Of a stretch of 30,647 nt of DNA, positions 14,783 to 24,150 are shown in pieces. The stretch lies in IMG/VR virus record IMGVR_UViG_3300048575_000494, positions 1 through 30,647 of that record, one strand, 5' to 3'. The notes beneath the pieces are model-generated. The model saw only the letters and a list, made by a program, of their open reading frames with translations, searched no databases and was not told where the DNA came from. Positions within the stretch are counted from its first letter, which is position 1. Each line of letters starts with the position of its first letter. The stretch comes from a virus (lineage: Duplodnaviria > Caudoviricetes). A program made the translations under genes and the position numbers.

Positions 14783-16357
14783 ATGATGAATCCCAAGTTA
14801 CGAGCATTTTTGTTGGCCAATGGTCTCCGCGCCGACGCCCCTGAGGATGAGGCGTGGAATTTTTACAAAGATATGCAGGGCCGAGGGGTCTCGTTTGACG
14901 GGCCTGAACGGGTGGGCGGCGATGGCCAACGGTCTGAACCGATCATTCCGGCAGGCGGTTTTCAGTCTGCTGCCGCACCCGCATCGGCTTCGGCTCCCCC
15001 CGTTGCCGTTTCTCCACCGCCGGCAATTGATATCCAACGCTCCGACAACGGCTTTGCGAGAGCGTTGGACATCATGGAACTGTGTAACCGGCATGGCATT
15101 GAGGGTGAACAACGCGCTGCCATGCTGAAACCCGAAGTGACCATGGACCAGGCCCGCTCCATGGTTCTGGAGACGCTGGCCCAACGGACTGCTGCCCACC
15201 ATCCAGGCTTTGCGCCGTCCGGGTTACAGGTCCAGGTGGATGAACGCGACAAGTTCCGCGCCGCCGCCTGCACCGGCATGTTTTTACGGTGCGGTTTGCC
15301 GCTGGATGGCGAGCGGGGCCTGACTGTCGCCCTTGAGGGCTGCGGCTGGAAGGTGGACCGTGCCCAGGACGTGGGCCGGGATTTCATCGGTTATTCCCTG
15401 CGTGAGGTTGCGCGCGAGTGTTTGCGCAAGGCGGGACAGTCGGTGGGCGGGGATCCCATGGAAATGGTCGGCCGCGCCATGACCGTGGGCGACCTGCCGG
15501 TGCTGATGAGCAACGTCGCCAACAAGGCGCTGTTCGAGGGATATGCCTCGGCTGAGGAGACCTGGGAGCTCTGGGCGGATGGGACCGGCTCGGTGCCGGA
15601 TTTCAAGCAAAACACCCTGGCCATGGTCTCGGAATTTGACGACCTGGAGGAGATCAAAAACGACACCGGCTACAAATACGGCGACCGGGGCGACGCCAAG
15701 GAAGTCTACCAGATTGCCACCTTTGGCAAGCTGGCGGCGATCACCCGCACCACGGTGATCAACGATGACCTCATGGCCATGGCCGATATGTACATGTCCA
15801 TGGGCGAGGCGGCCAGCCGCAAGATCGGCGACTGCGCCTATGGCGTGCTCACCGCCAACGCGGCCATGCGGGACGGAGTGGCCCTGTTCCATGCCAATCA
15901 CAAAAATCTTGGAACTCCCGGCGTACTCGGCGAGGCCACGATTGCCGAAGCCATCAAGCTGGCCAGACTGCAAAATGGGCTCAAGGGCAAGCAGCGGCTG
16001 AACATTCCCCTGATGTATTTCATCGGTCCCGCATCCATTGAGGGTTCGGCCGAAATCTTCTTTGCCTCAAATCAGTTCTCCGCAGACGACAAGGGCAGCA
16101 CTCGCACCAACATCTACGGCGGAACCCGGTTCCAGCGGGCCTATGACGCCCGGCTCGATGAAGCGAGCCCGACGGCCTACTACTTTGCCGGCCCCAAACG
16201 CAAAACCGTGCGCCTCTTTTTCCTCAACGGCAACCGCACGCCCTGGCTCGAGGCCAAAACCGGCTGGACCACGGACGGAGTGGAGTACAAGGTGCGCATC
16301 GATGTTTGCGGCAAAGCCGTGGACTGGAAGGCAATGGTCAAAAACGCCGGTGGCTGA
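14783..16357 (+). CDS. Major capsid protein with N-terminal scaffold region
   Basis: GGAGG RBS. DLPVLMSNVANK, VPDFK, TFGK...ITR...INDDL, DARLD, FLNG, DGVEYKVRID. Confidence 0.9.
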   Translation: MMNPKLRAFLLANGLRADAPEDEAWNFYKDMQGRGVSFDGPERVGGDGQRSEPIIPAGGFQSAAAPASASAPPVAVSPPPAIDIQRSDNGFARALDIMELCNRHGIEGEQRAAMLKPEVTMDQARSMVLETLAQRTAAHHPGFAPSGLQVQVDERDKFRAAACTGMFLRCGLPLDGERGLTVALEGCGWKVDRAQDVGRDFIGYSLREVARECLRKAGQSVGGDPMEMVGRAMTVGDLPVLMSNVANKALFEGYASAEETWELWADGTGSVPDFKQNTLAMVSEFDDLEEIKNDTGYKYGDRGDAKEVYQIATFGKLAAITRTTVINDDLMAMADMYMSMGEAASRKIGDCAYGVLTANAAMRDGVALFHANHKNLGTPGVLGEATIAEAIKLARLQNGLKGKQRLNIPLMYFIGPASIEGSAEIFFASNQFSADDKGSTRTNIYGGTRFQRAYDARLDEASPTAYYFAGPKRKTVRLFFLNGNRTPWLEAKTGWTTDGVEYKVRIDVCGKAVDWKAMVKNAGG

Positions 16358-16386
16358 TCCACACACCAGTGCATCCGTTAAAAATG

Positions 16387-16447
16387 GGTTTTGCCGTCAA
16401 CCAACGGTTGGCAAAACCGAGTAAGGGCGTGGGCCAGTCCCACGCCC
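16387..16447 (+). other. Two tandem hairpins after the capsid gene (no U-tract)
   Basis: GGTTTTGCC (16387-95) / GGCAAAACC (16410-18) and GGGCGTGGG (16425-33) / CCCACGCCC (16439-47). Confidence 0.8.
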
Positions 16448-16463
16448 ATCAGGGAGAACAATT

Positions 16464-16850
16464 ATGGAACGTAGAGGACTCGAGCCCGTCAAGCGGGTGG
16501 CCTATTTTGAATACGATTTTGCTGTCGACGGCGGCGTGATCGGCGATCACCCCTTGCGCGGCGACAGTCTGCCGGAAGGTGCGGTGGTCACCGGCGGCAT
16601 GGTGCATGTCAAGGCGGCCTGTACCAGTGGCGGATCTGCCACTGTTTCCCTGAAGGCGGAGACTCTGGCCGATGTAATGCCGGCAACCGGCGTGGCCAGC
16701 CTAGTGACCAATGCCCTGTTGGACGTGGTTCCAGATGGGACGGCAGCCCATGCGGTGCGGACTACGGCCAACGGCAGACAGGTGGTGGCCGCCATCGCCA
16801 CGGCAGCCCTGACCGCCGGCAAGTTTGTTGTGGCCCTGGAGTACTTTTAA
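16464..16850 (+). CDS. Putative capsid decoration protein
   Basis: Beta-rich 128 aa directly after the capsid gene. LPEGAVVTGG and ALTAGKFVVALEY patterns. Confidence 0.6.
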   Translation: MERRGLEPVKRVAYFEYDFAVDGGVIGDHPLRGDSLPEGAVVTGGMVHVKAACTSGGSATVSLKAETLADVMPATGVASLVTNALLDVVPDGTAAHAVRTTANGRQVVAAIATAALTAGKFVVALEYF

Positions 16851-16853
16851 GCC

Positions 16854-17159
16854 ATGATCAACGCCAACGAGACCCTGGGCTTTGCCCTGGATGATTTCGG
16901 GGTGGAGGTGCTGGTCAATGGCGGCCCGCAGACCATTACGGTTGATCCCTTTCTTGATGCGTCAACCGAGTTGAACGGGGAATCCATCGAGCACTCCGGC
17001 CCGTTCGCCATTGCCGCCATGGCTGACGTCAAGGGTTTGGCCCTGGTCGCCGGCGACCAGGGCGACGCCCTGACCATCAATGGAACAGACTACACCCTCC
17101 TGGCCATCGACCCCGATGGCCAGGGCGGAGCATTGCTCGGGTTGGAGGAACAGCCATAA
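16854..17159 (+). CDS. Head-tail joining (FII-like head closure) protein
   Basis: DDFG, GDALTINGTDY...IDPDGQG. Position fits. Confidence 0.7.
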   Translation: MINANETLGFALDDFGVEVLVNGGPQTITVDPFLDASTELNGESIEHSGPFAIAAMADVKGLALVAGDQGDALTINGTDYTLLAIDPDGQGGALLGLEEQP

Positions 17160-17578
17160 TGCGCGCCGACATCGTCAAATCCATCCAGGGTCTGCTCCGT
17201 GCAACCGGCGTGTTTTCGACCGTGTGCGGGATTGGCAGCGACAAGCCGACCTACCCGCTTGCTCGGGTATGGGCCAACGGCTGCCCCCCAAAAAATATCG
17301 AGAACACCCCCCAAGCCATGATTGATCTGCGGGTAGCGGTGCAAATCGAGACCCATCCGGTGGTGGATCAGGATGGCAACAGCGACGAAACCGCACTCTA
17401 CGATTTGGTGGATCGTGCATTCCTTGCGCTGCATGATGCGAAGCTACCCGGAAAAGGATCGTTGCCGCTCATCGCACACGACCATCCTGGTTTGAGCGCA
17501 TATGAACAATCCAAGCCTCTTGTCTATCTGATGCAGGTTTCTGTCCGGGTGGTTCCTGAGGCGTTTTCAATTATTTGA
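17159..17578 (+). CDS. Putative tail terminator
   Basis: 139 aa immediately before the tail tube gene. Confidence 0.55.
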   Translation: MRADIVKSIQGLLRATGVFSTVCGIGSDKPTYPLARVWANGCPPKNIENTPQAMIDLRVAVQIETHPVVDQDGNSDETALYDLVDRAFLALHDAKLPGKGSLPLIAHDHPGLSAYEQSKPLVYLMQVSVRVVPEAFSII

Positions 17579-17606
17579 TCGAGGCACATCGCCCGGAGGC
17601 AACAAA

Positions 17607-18365
17607 ATGGAATCCGCACAGAAAGGTATGATTCTCGGCGGGGATCTGTATTTCGACTTTCTCACCGCAAGTGGCGCGTCCACCGGTTTTGACTTGGCCG
17701 GCAACGCCAACAAACTGATCCCCAAGGTGGAGACCGAGACCCTGGAAAACAAGCTCAATGGTCGCGACACCCTTGGCCAGACCGGCGATTCGTACACCCG
17801 AATCACCAGCTCGACCATCTCATTTACCATGAACCGTTACGATCCCAAGATCGTGGCCGCCTTCTTCATGGGATCGGCGGTCGACATCACGGCGGCGTCA
17901 GGCGCTTACACGGCGAAAATAACCGGGATTGAGGGCAAGTGGATCCCCATTGAACATGAAGGATTGTCGTCCTGCGTGGTCAAGGACAAGACCGACGCCA
18001 CCACCTATGTGGCTGCCGGAGATGAGGAAGAAGGTGAAACGCCTGATTACGCAATCAATCTTCGTCTCGGCATGATCAAGGTATTGAAGCCTGCCCTGGC
18101 GGCAGAGCTGCACATCAGCGGCAACAAGGCGGCAGCCAGCGGTTTCAAGATTACCGGGGCCACCCAGCCGATTATTAACGTCGGTCTATTGTTGGACGGC
18201 AAGAACTATATAGGCGGCGGCGATACCAAGCTTCGGGTCTGGCAGGCTCAGATCCGCGCCGAGGGTGATTTCGATCTGCTCGCCCAGGGCGGGTTCCCGG
18301 AGTTGTCGTTCACCGGAACCATGATCACGCCAACCGGCAAAAGCTGGCCGTTTGAGTTTGTCTGA
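17607..18365 (+). CDS. Major tail tube protein
   Basis: GGAGG RBS. GDLYFD...LAGNA, DYAINLRLGMI, ELSFTGTM. Located before the chaperone and tape measure genes. Confidence 0.8.
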   Translation: MESAQKGMILGGDLYFDFLTASGASTGFDLAGNANKLIPKVETETLENKLNGRDTLGQTGDSYTRITSSTISFTMNRYDPKIVAAFFMGSAVDITAASGAYTAKITGIEGKWIPIEHEGLSSCVVKDKTDATTYVAAGDEEEGETPDYAINLRLGMIKVLKPALAAELHISGNKAAASGFKITGATQPIINVGLLLDGKNYIGGGDTKLRVWQAQIRAEGDFDLLAQGGFPELSFTGTMITPTGKSWPFEFV

Positions 18366-18387
18366 TAATCGCAACCAAGGAAAACCC

Positions 18388-18777
18388 ATGCAGAAAACAA
18401 AAACCATCCAGATCGGATCCCGATCATTCACTCTCAAGGAACTTCCGGTCCGCAAGGTGTGGGCACTGATGAACAATGAGGGTGAGCAGCCCATGCTTGA
18501 CCGCTGCCGGGAGTTGCTCAAACTGGGCTGTCCAGAATTGGACGCCGACGCCTTGCTCGACCTTTACCCTTCAGAAATCAAAGAAATTTGGCAGGCATTC
18601 GAAGAGGTCAACGTCGATTTTTTGGAGATTGTGCGTCTGATCGGGCTGGATCAGGCGCTGATCGATGCGGTGCGGACATCCGTCGCGACTTCGATCAAGC
18701 AATTTGCCATCTTATTACCTCTGGCCACGGTTCCGTCGTCTGGGACTATGGATATGGCTTCTTCCTCACAGCAATAA
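18388..18777 (+). CDS. Tail assembly chaperone (gpG-like), 129 aa
   Basis: AAGGA RBS. LKELPVRKV, LYPSEI...EEVNVDF. Lies between tube and tape measure genes. Confidence 0.8.
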   Translation: MQKTKTIQIGSRSFTLKELPVRKVWALMNNEGEQPMLDRCRELLKLGCPELDADALLDLYPSEIKEIWQAFEEVNVDFLEIVRLIGLDQALIDAVRTSVATSIKQFAILLPLATVPSSGTMDMASSSQQ

Positions 18778-18806
18778 AGGCGTTGGTGGGCAACAACCAT
18801 GGCTGA
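18618..18806 (+). CDS. -1 frameshift extension of the chaperone (gpGT-like), slippery site T-TTT-TTG at 18618-18624
   Basis: The heptamer is in the correct X-XXY-YYZ phase. The -1 frame stays open to 18806 (...LITSGHGSVVWDYGYGFFLTAI...) and overlaps the tape measure start. Confidence 0.75.
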   Translation, partial: FFGDCASDRAGSGADRCGADIRRDFDQAICHLITSGHGSVVWDYGYGFFLTAIKALVGNNHG

Positions 18807-21800
18807 CAAGAATAAAATAGAGATCATCCTGAGCGCGGTGGATCATGGATTGAAATCCACGGTTGATGGGACGTTGGCCTCTATGAAAGGACTGTCTGCG
18901 GGATCAAGCAAAGCGACTGCCGACATGCGGGCACTTGCCCAGGGATCGCAACAGGCCAGCGCTGGGATGCAGACTTCCCAGCGCAGTGCCGACACCCTGG
19001 AAACAACACTTAAAAAGCTCGCGGGTGTTGTCGCCGGGGTGTTTTCGATCAATCAGATCCAAGGATTTGTTGAATCATTTGCTCGTTCCGCCGATGCCAT
19101 GAGCAACATGGATTCAAAGTTGCTGCTCACTGCCAAAAACACTGCGGACTATGCCGCAGCGCAGAAAACCGTTGTCGATATTGCCAAGGAAGCTCACCAG
19201 GGGTTGGGAGAAGTCACCACACTGTACACCCGCATGGCTCTGGCCACCGAAAACCTGAACGTCAGTCAAAAGCAACTGGCAGAGGTGACCAAAACGGTGG
19301 CCTTGGCCACCGCCATGTCAGGCGCTGCAGCGAGCGAATCCAGCGCCGGTTTACAACAATTTGCCCAGGCTATGGCCTCAAACAGGTTGGGCGGCGATGA
19401 ACTTCGGTCGGTGTTGGAAAACATGCCGATGCTCACCAAAGTGTTCGTTGACGCCGCCGGCGGATCCATTGCCAAGCTGCGAGAGATGGCGGAAGAGGGA
19501 AAGCTGACCACGCAATGGATGCTTGACGCCATCCTTAAAGCGGCTCCAGCGATAGAGCAGCAGGCCAAAGCCATGCCAATGACTGTCGAAAAAGCGATGA
19601 CGGATCTGAAGAATGAAACGTCAAAGTATATCGACAACGTCAATCAATCCACCGGGGCAACCAGGATCATGGTGGGCTCTATCCAGCTGCTCGGAAATAA
19701 TCTTGATCTGGTCGCAAAGGGCGGATTCGTGGTCTTAACGACGACCATATCGGCATTTGTCGGCAAAGGGCTTGCGGCCGCAATTGCCGGCACAGGGACA
19801 TTTATCGCTGGCCTCACTGCCGTCCCCGCCTCCGCTTCTGCTGTCACCTTATCGGTGTCTTCCACAGCCCGCGCCATGAACGGATACGGAATGGCCGCAT
19901 CCATAGCCGCTGCCCAAACGGCAGCGAACACGGCTGCCCAGGCTGCAGCCGGAACTGTGGCCTCTCGCCTGCTCCCTGCCATTTTTGGTCTGATCAACCC
20001 CATCACCGCCGTCACCACCGTGCTTGGGCTGGGCGCAGCAGCGTGGGCGCTGTGGGGAGAGAAGGCAGACAACGAACTCGATAAAGCAAAAGGCAGGGTC
20101 GCCGAGCTAAAACGCCTAAACCAAATGATAAAGGAGCAGTCAGATCCCAGCATCAGGCTGCAGCAGACCGCCAAAAACATCGAATCGGCCCAGGCTGAGG
20201 TCGCCAGGCTGGAAAAGGAGCTGCAAGAGACCTACCGGGGGGAGAATACGTTTGATCTGAAGGCCGATATAAGCCTGGCTGAAGGCAAACTTGAACAGGC
20301 TCGTCAAAAGCTGAAGACCTACGAACAAGAGCACGCCGAAACTCAAAAAAATATTGCTCTGTCCACCGAGCAGCGAGGCGCCAAAGAAATCGCCGCAGAA
20401 ATGTCGGTTACCGAGGCGATCAACAAACAAAACGAAGAGCGCCGCAAGGCCACGGCCTCTCAACTGGAGAATGATCTGGCGGAGATTGCCAAGAAGCGGG
20501 ATGCCGAGCTTAAGGCGGCGGAGGCGCAATTCAAGGCTGAGGATTTGATCCGGGTCAAGGCGGCAATCAACTCCCGATTTGACGCGGAAGCGGCAGTTGC
20601 CAAGAAAGAAGCAGCGGACAAGGCCGCCAAGGCCGCCGAGACCGCCGCCAACAAGGCCGAACGCGCCGCCAGAAAAGAAGAAAAAGCCGCGCTCAACGCC
20701 GCTCACCTGCAAGCCAAGATTGCCGCCGAAAAACTCAGAAACTCTACGGCGGACAATCTGCTTTCCTTGGAACGGGAACGCATCGAAGCGGGGCGATTGC
20801 CCACTGCCCTGGCGCGGGCCAAGGCTGAGATGGATATTGCCAGGCGCGTCATGGCCGAGAAGATCGCCCTGCAAAAGCAGGAAGCGGCCGTCATTGAGGC
20901 AGATCCCAAATCGACGCAGGCCGATATCCTGAAGGCCAAACGCGACGTATTGCAGTTACAGGTTGAGGCGGACAAGGAAGCGGCCGCCAATATGGCCCAG
21001 GTTGCCCGCGAAAAACTGGCTGAAACCGAACAGGCGTGGCGGAGGGGAACAGGATCGGTTGAGGAATATCGCGCCGCTGTTGTCGCCGCCGGACAAGCTG
21101 GGGTCCTGTTCGCTGAGCAGGTTAACGATAAACTGATCGCTTCCGGCGGCGACCTGGGCGCCGCGCTTGCGCTTGGGTTCCGGAATGCCCGCGAAAAGAT
21201 GCAGACCGACGCCGAGATGATGATGTACATCGGCGAGAACCTGGGCGATCAGCTTGCCGGCGGGCTGTCCTCGGCTTGGGATTCCTATATTACGAAGACC
21301 GCGACCGCCAAGGAGGCATTGATCGATTTTGCCCGCTCGACGCTCTCCTGGTTGTCGCAGATCATCCTCAAGCAGATGCTGCTCAACGCCATCGGATTTG
21401 GCTCGACCACCGCAGCTGACGGGACAGTTACCGCCGGAACCGGATTGCTGGGCATGTTGGGTTTTGCCGCCGGCGGCTCCGTTCCCGGCTGGAGCCCGAA
21501 CCGCACCGCCGACAACATCCCGGCCTGGCTCACGGCCAGGGAGTTCGTTCAGCCGGTGGCGTCGGTGGACTATTACGGCGAGGGATTCATGGAGCTTATC
21601 CGCCGGCGCCTCATTCCTCGCAACGTTGCCCACGCCCTGGCCGGCGGCACCCTGCCGCGTATTCCCTCGGGCAATCGGCTCGCCCAGGGCGGCATGGCGG
21701 CAGCGGCTCCGGAAACCACGGTCAAGACAGGGGACGTAAAGCTGCACGTGACCAACGTACTCCATCCTGATCTCATGGGCGATTACATGCGCACCCCCCG

Positions 21801-21870
21801 TGGAGAGGCACATCTTTTGAATTTTATCCGCCGAAACGGTTCGGCGATCCGCGCTTCCATCGGAGGATAA
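18799..21870 (+). CDS. Tail tape measure protein (1023 aa)
   Basis: Tape-measure domain QFAQAMASNRLGGDELRSVLEN, Ala-rich helices, C-terminal FAAGG...DNIPAWLTAREFV. Confidence 0.95.
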   Translation: MADKNKIEIILSAVDHGLKSTVDGTLASMKGLSAGSSKATADMRALAQGSQQASAGMQTSQRSADTLETTLKKLAGVVAGVFSINQIQGFVESFARSADAMSNMDSKLLLTAKNTADYAAAQKTVVDIAKEAHQGLGEVTTLYTRMALATENLNVSQKQLAEVTKTVALATAMSGAAASESSAGLQQFAQAMASNRLGGDELRSVLENMPMLTKVFVDAAGGSIAKLREMAEEGKLTTQWMLDAILKAAPAIEQQAKAMPMTVEKAMTDLKNETSKYIDNVNQSTGATRIMVGSIQLLGNNLDLVAKGGFVVLTTTISAFVGKGLAAAIAGTGTFIAGLTAVPASASAVTLSVSSTARAMNGYGMAASIAAAQTAANTAAQAAAGTVASRLLPAIFGLINPITAVTTVLGLGAAAWALWGEKADNELDKAKGRVAELKRLNQMIKEQSDPSIRLQQTAKNIESAQAEVARLEKELQETYRGENTFDLKADISLAEGKLEQARQKLKTYEQEHAETQKNIALSTEQRGAKEIAAEMSVTEAINKQNEERRKATASQLENDLAEIAKKRDAELKAAEAQFKAEDLIRVKAAINSRFDAEAAVAKKEAADKAAKAAETAANKAERAARKEEKAALNAAHLQAKIAAEKLRNSTADNLLSLERERIEAGRLPTALARAKAEMDIARRVMAEKIALQKQEAAVIEADPKSTQADILKAKRDVLQLQVEADKEAAANMAQVAREKLAETEQAWRRGTGSVEEYRAAVVAAGQAGVLFAEQVNDKLIASGGDLGAALALGFRNAREKMQTDAEMMMYIGENLGDQLAGGLSSAWDSYITKTATAKEALIDFARSTLSWLSQIILKQMLLNAIGFGSTTAADGTVTAGTGLLGMLGFAAGGSVPGWSPNRTADNIPAWLTAREFVQPVASVDYYGEGFMELIRRRLIPRNVAHALAGGTLPRIPSGNRLAQGGMAAAAPETTVKTGDVKLHVTNVLHPDLMGDYMRTPRGEAHLLNFIRRNGSAIRASIGG

Positions 21871-22695
21871 ATGGCCTACACAAGCGGCACCGCCTCAAAC
21901 TACAAGGAACTCCTCGCCATCCTGGCCACCTTTGCGGCGGCCAACGGCTGGACCATTCTGGAGCAGAGCGAGACCAAACTCTACCTGCGCGGCGAAGGTC
22001 TGGGCGGCCTCGATGAAATCTATGCCGGCATCGGCGCCTTTGAGAACTCCACCGCCGGCTACTACAACTGGCAGGCGGTTGGTTCATGGGGTTGGCGTTT
22101 AGGTCGCGCCCTGGGAGCCCACCCCATGAGCAGCGCCATCCGGTATCTGTACCTGTGGAACACCGCCATTCCTTACTGGATGGTAGGCCATGCCGGCCGC
22201 GTCATTGTGATCGCCAAGGTCGGCAGTGTGTTCCAGATGCTCTACCTGGGGTTCGGTCTCCCGCCGGCCACCGACGCGCAGTATCCCTATCCATTGATCG
22301 TTGGAGCCTGCGGCACATCGTCAACCGCGCTTTATTCGGCCACCGGCGCGGGCAACTCCATGTTCTGGGCTAACAACGGGTTGAATGGAGTGATCTGCCG
22401 ACCCGGCGGCGACTGGGATCAGATCGGGCCGGCGTACTGCCCGCCCAAGAGCGTCAGTTCGGACATTCCCAGCGTTCTGGTCAAGGCGTTGGACGATTCA
22501 TACCTGCTGGAGGAGATCTTTATCACCGACTCGGCGCGGACTTCGATCTATGCGGCCCTTGATGGTGTGTTCCGGGTGAGTGGCTTTGGCAATTCGGCAG
22601 AGAACTTGATCACGGTTAGCGGCGTTAATTACCTAGTGGTTCCTGACGTGTACAGATCAGCAATCGGCGATTTCTGCGCCGTAAAATTGGTGTGA
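21871..22695 (+). CDS. Virion structural (distal tail) protein
   Basis: MAYTSGTA...FAAANGWT, YPYPL, LDGVFRVSGFGNSAEN. Follows the tape measure gene. Confidence 0.75.
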   Translation: MAYTSGTASNYKELLAILATFAAANGWTILEQSETKLYLRGEGLGGLDEIYAGIGAFENSTAGYYNWQAVGSWGWRLGRALGAHPMSSAIRYLYLWNTAIPYWMVGHAGRVIVIAKVGSVFQMLYLGFGLPPATDAQYPYPLIVGACGTSSTALYSATGAGNSMFWANNGLNGVICRPGGDWDQIGPAYCPPKSVSSDIPSVLVKALDDSYLLEEIFITDSARTSIYAALDGVFRVSGFGNSAENLITVSGVNYLVVPDVYRSAIGDFCAVKLV

Positions 22696-22703
22696 GGTGA
22701 GCG

Positions 22704-23516
22704 ATGGCCGCATATGAGTTTTTTGCAGCAACGACTACAGATTTGGCAATAGCAAACATAAAAACCAAAGCTGAAGCCTATGGATGGACCATAGATTTTT
22801 TCGGAACATACAATGCCCACAACCGGCTCCACCTCCACAACGCGTCCGGAGCGCATTTTGAGCTGTGGTGGCTCTCTAGCCTTGGCTTTTACATCGCCGC
22901 GTGCACAGGATATTCATCTGGCTCAGCTCCAACTGCACAGCCTGGAGTGAGTTCAAGTCTACAGATCACTGGAAACTGCGCCACTCTCATTGTTGTGTGC
23001 CCTTCCTCGATTTATTTGAAGATATTTAAAGACGGGACCCTTCCGCAAAATATTCAATTTGGAATGATCGAAGAAAAAACAGGGGTATGGGCGGGAGGTG
23101 TTTTTATATCATCCACCTGCCCGGCAAGCAATTCATACGCGTTTTCATTGTGGACCACATATTCGCTGTATTCGTCCCAGGTCTTGATCAACGGAATATG
23201 GTCAACGCCGGTGACCTCCAACGGAGGTGCTGTGTACGGAGTATGCGAGAGCGAATTGTACACAAAAATGCCGTTCGCATATAGCGGAGGCATTCTTCCA
23301 GCCCCCCTTATGCTGGTGCAAATTAACCCGTCAACAACCACCTACCGTATCCCGTTGGGGTACGCTCCGGATGTCCGCATGTTTTCCGGAGGGAGTGTTT
23401 ACAGCTCTCTTGAGGAGATCACGATAGATGGAGAAACATGGCTTGCGATCAATCAATCAGAGACTGGCGGCACTTTTTTGGGGATTCCAGACACCCTGAT
23501 CAGGCTGGCGGCATAA
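22704..23516 (+). CDS. Virion structural protein, distant paralog of the preceding gene; visibly lower GC
   Basis: Shares the ...GWTI N-terminal pattern. PLGYAPDVR and EEITIDGETW motifs. Confidence 0.7.
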   Translation: MAAYEFFAATTTDLAIANIKTKAEAYGWTIDFFGTYNAHNRLHLHNASGAHFELWWLSSLGFYIAACTGYSSGSAPTAQPGVSSSLQITGNCATLIVVCPSSIYLKIFKDGTLPQNIQFGMIEEKTGVWAGGVFISSTCPASNSYAFSLWTTYSLYSSQVLINGIWSTPVTSNGGAVYGVCESELYTKMPFAYSGGILPAPLMLVQINPSTTTYRIPLGYAPDVRMFSGGSVYSSLEEITIDGETWLAINQSETGGTFLGIPDTLIRLAA

Positions 23517-23526
23517 GGAGGATTCA

Positions 23527-23853
23527 ATGGGACTTGTAGCCGTAGCCTCTGGCACACAAACCGCCCAGATCGGCACCGAACACCAACTTTCTCTGCAAAC
23601 CGGAGTCGGCATCTATGTGCTGGTGGTCGACACCAACAACATGGCCGCTGGCGACAGTCTGACCCTCAAAATCAAAACCAAGGCAATCGGCGGCGGTAAC
23701 TCTCGCCTGGCCTATGCCATGACCTATGCCGATCTGCAGGCCGAGCCGAACAAATATTCTGTGCCAGTTCCGATCAATAACGAGATCGTGGCCACGCTGA
23801 CCCAAACTGCCGGAACCAGCCGCTCCTTCCCCTGGAGCCTGTTGAGGGCCTGA
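23527..23853 (+). CDS. Hypothetical beta-rich virion protein
   Basis: AAGGAGG RBS, within the tail operon. Confidence 0.75.
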   Translation: MGLVAVASGTQTAQIGTEHQLSLQTGVGIYVLVVDTNNMAAGDSLTLKIKTKAIGGGNSRLAYAMTYADLQAEPNKYSVPVPINNEIVATLTQTAGTSRSFPWSLLRA

Positions 23854-24149
23854 TGGACCTGCTTAAACACTCTCTGCTGCTGACCCACGGGACCATTTAT
23901 GGGCAGCTTGACCCGCTCGTCCCTGTCGCCCTGGCGGACAAGTCGATCAACATCGATCAGTGGAACAACCCGGACTACGACTGGAAGGCGGGTCTCTTTG
24001 AGGTGCGGCTCCTGGACCTGCCCACAATCACGGGAACCATGACCGACCGCGCGCCGGTTGACCTGATCCATTGGAACGTCGCCGGGGCTGCGGCCTTGTC
24101 GCCCATGACCCCGTGGCGCAATTGTCTCAAAATGCTGACCCATATCTGA
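23853..24149 (+). CDS. Hypothetical protein
   Basis: TGATG coupling, fills the gap in the operon exactly. Confidence 0.6.
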   Translation: MDLLKHSLLLTHGTIYGQLDPLVPVALADKSINIDQWNNPDYDWKAGLFEVRLLDLPTITGTMTDRAPVDLIHWNVAGAAALSPMTPWRNCLKMLTHI

Positions 24150-24150
24150 C

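Noticed and set aside
14114-16357. Protease and capsid are in the same frame, suggesting a read-through fusion
   Set aside because: Two in-frame stops (TAG 14753, TAA 14771) separate them and the capsid has its own GGAGG RBS.
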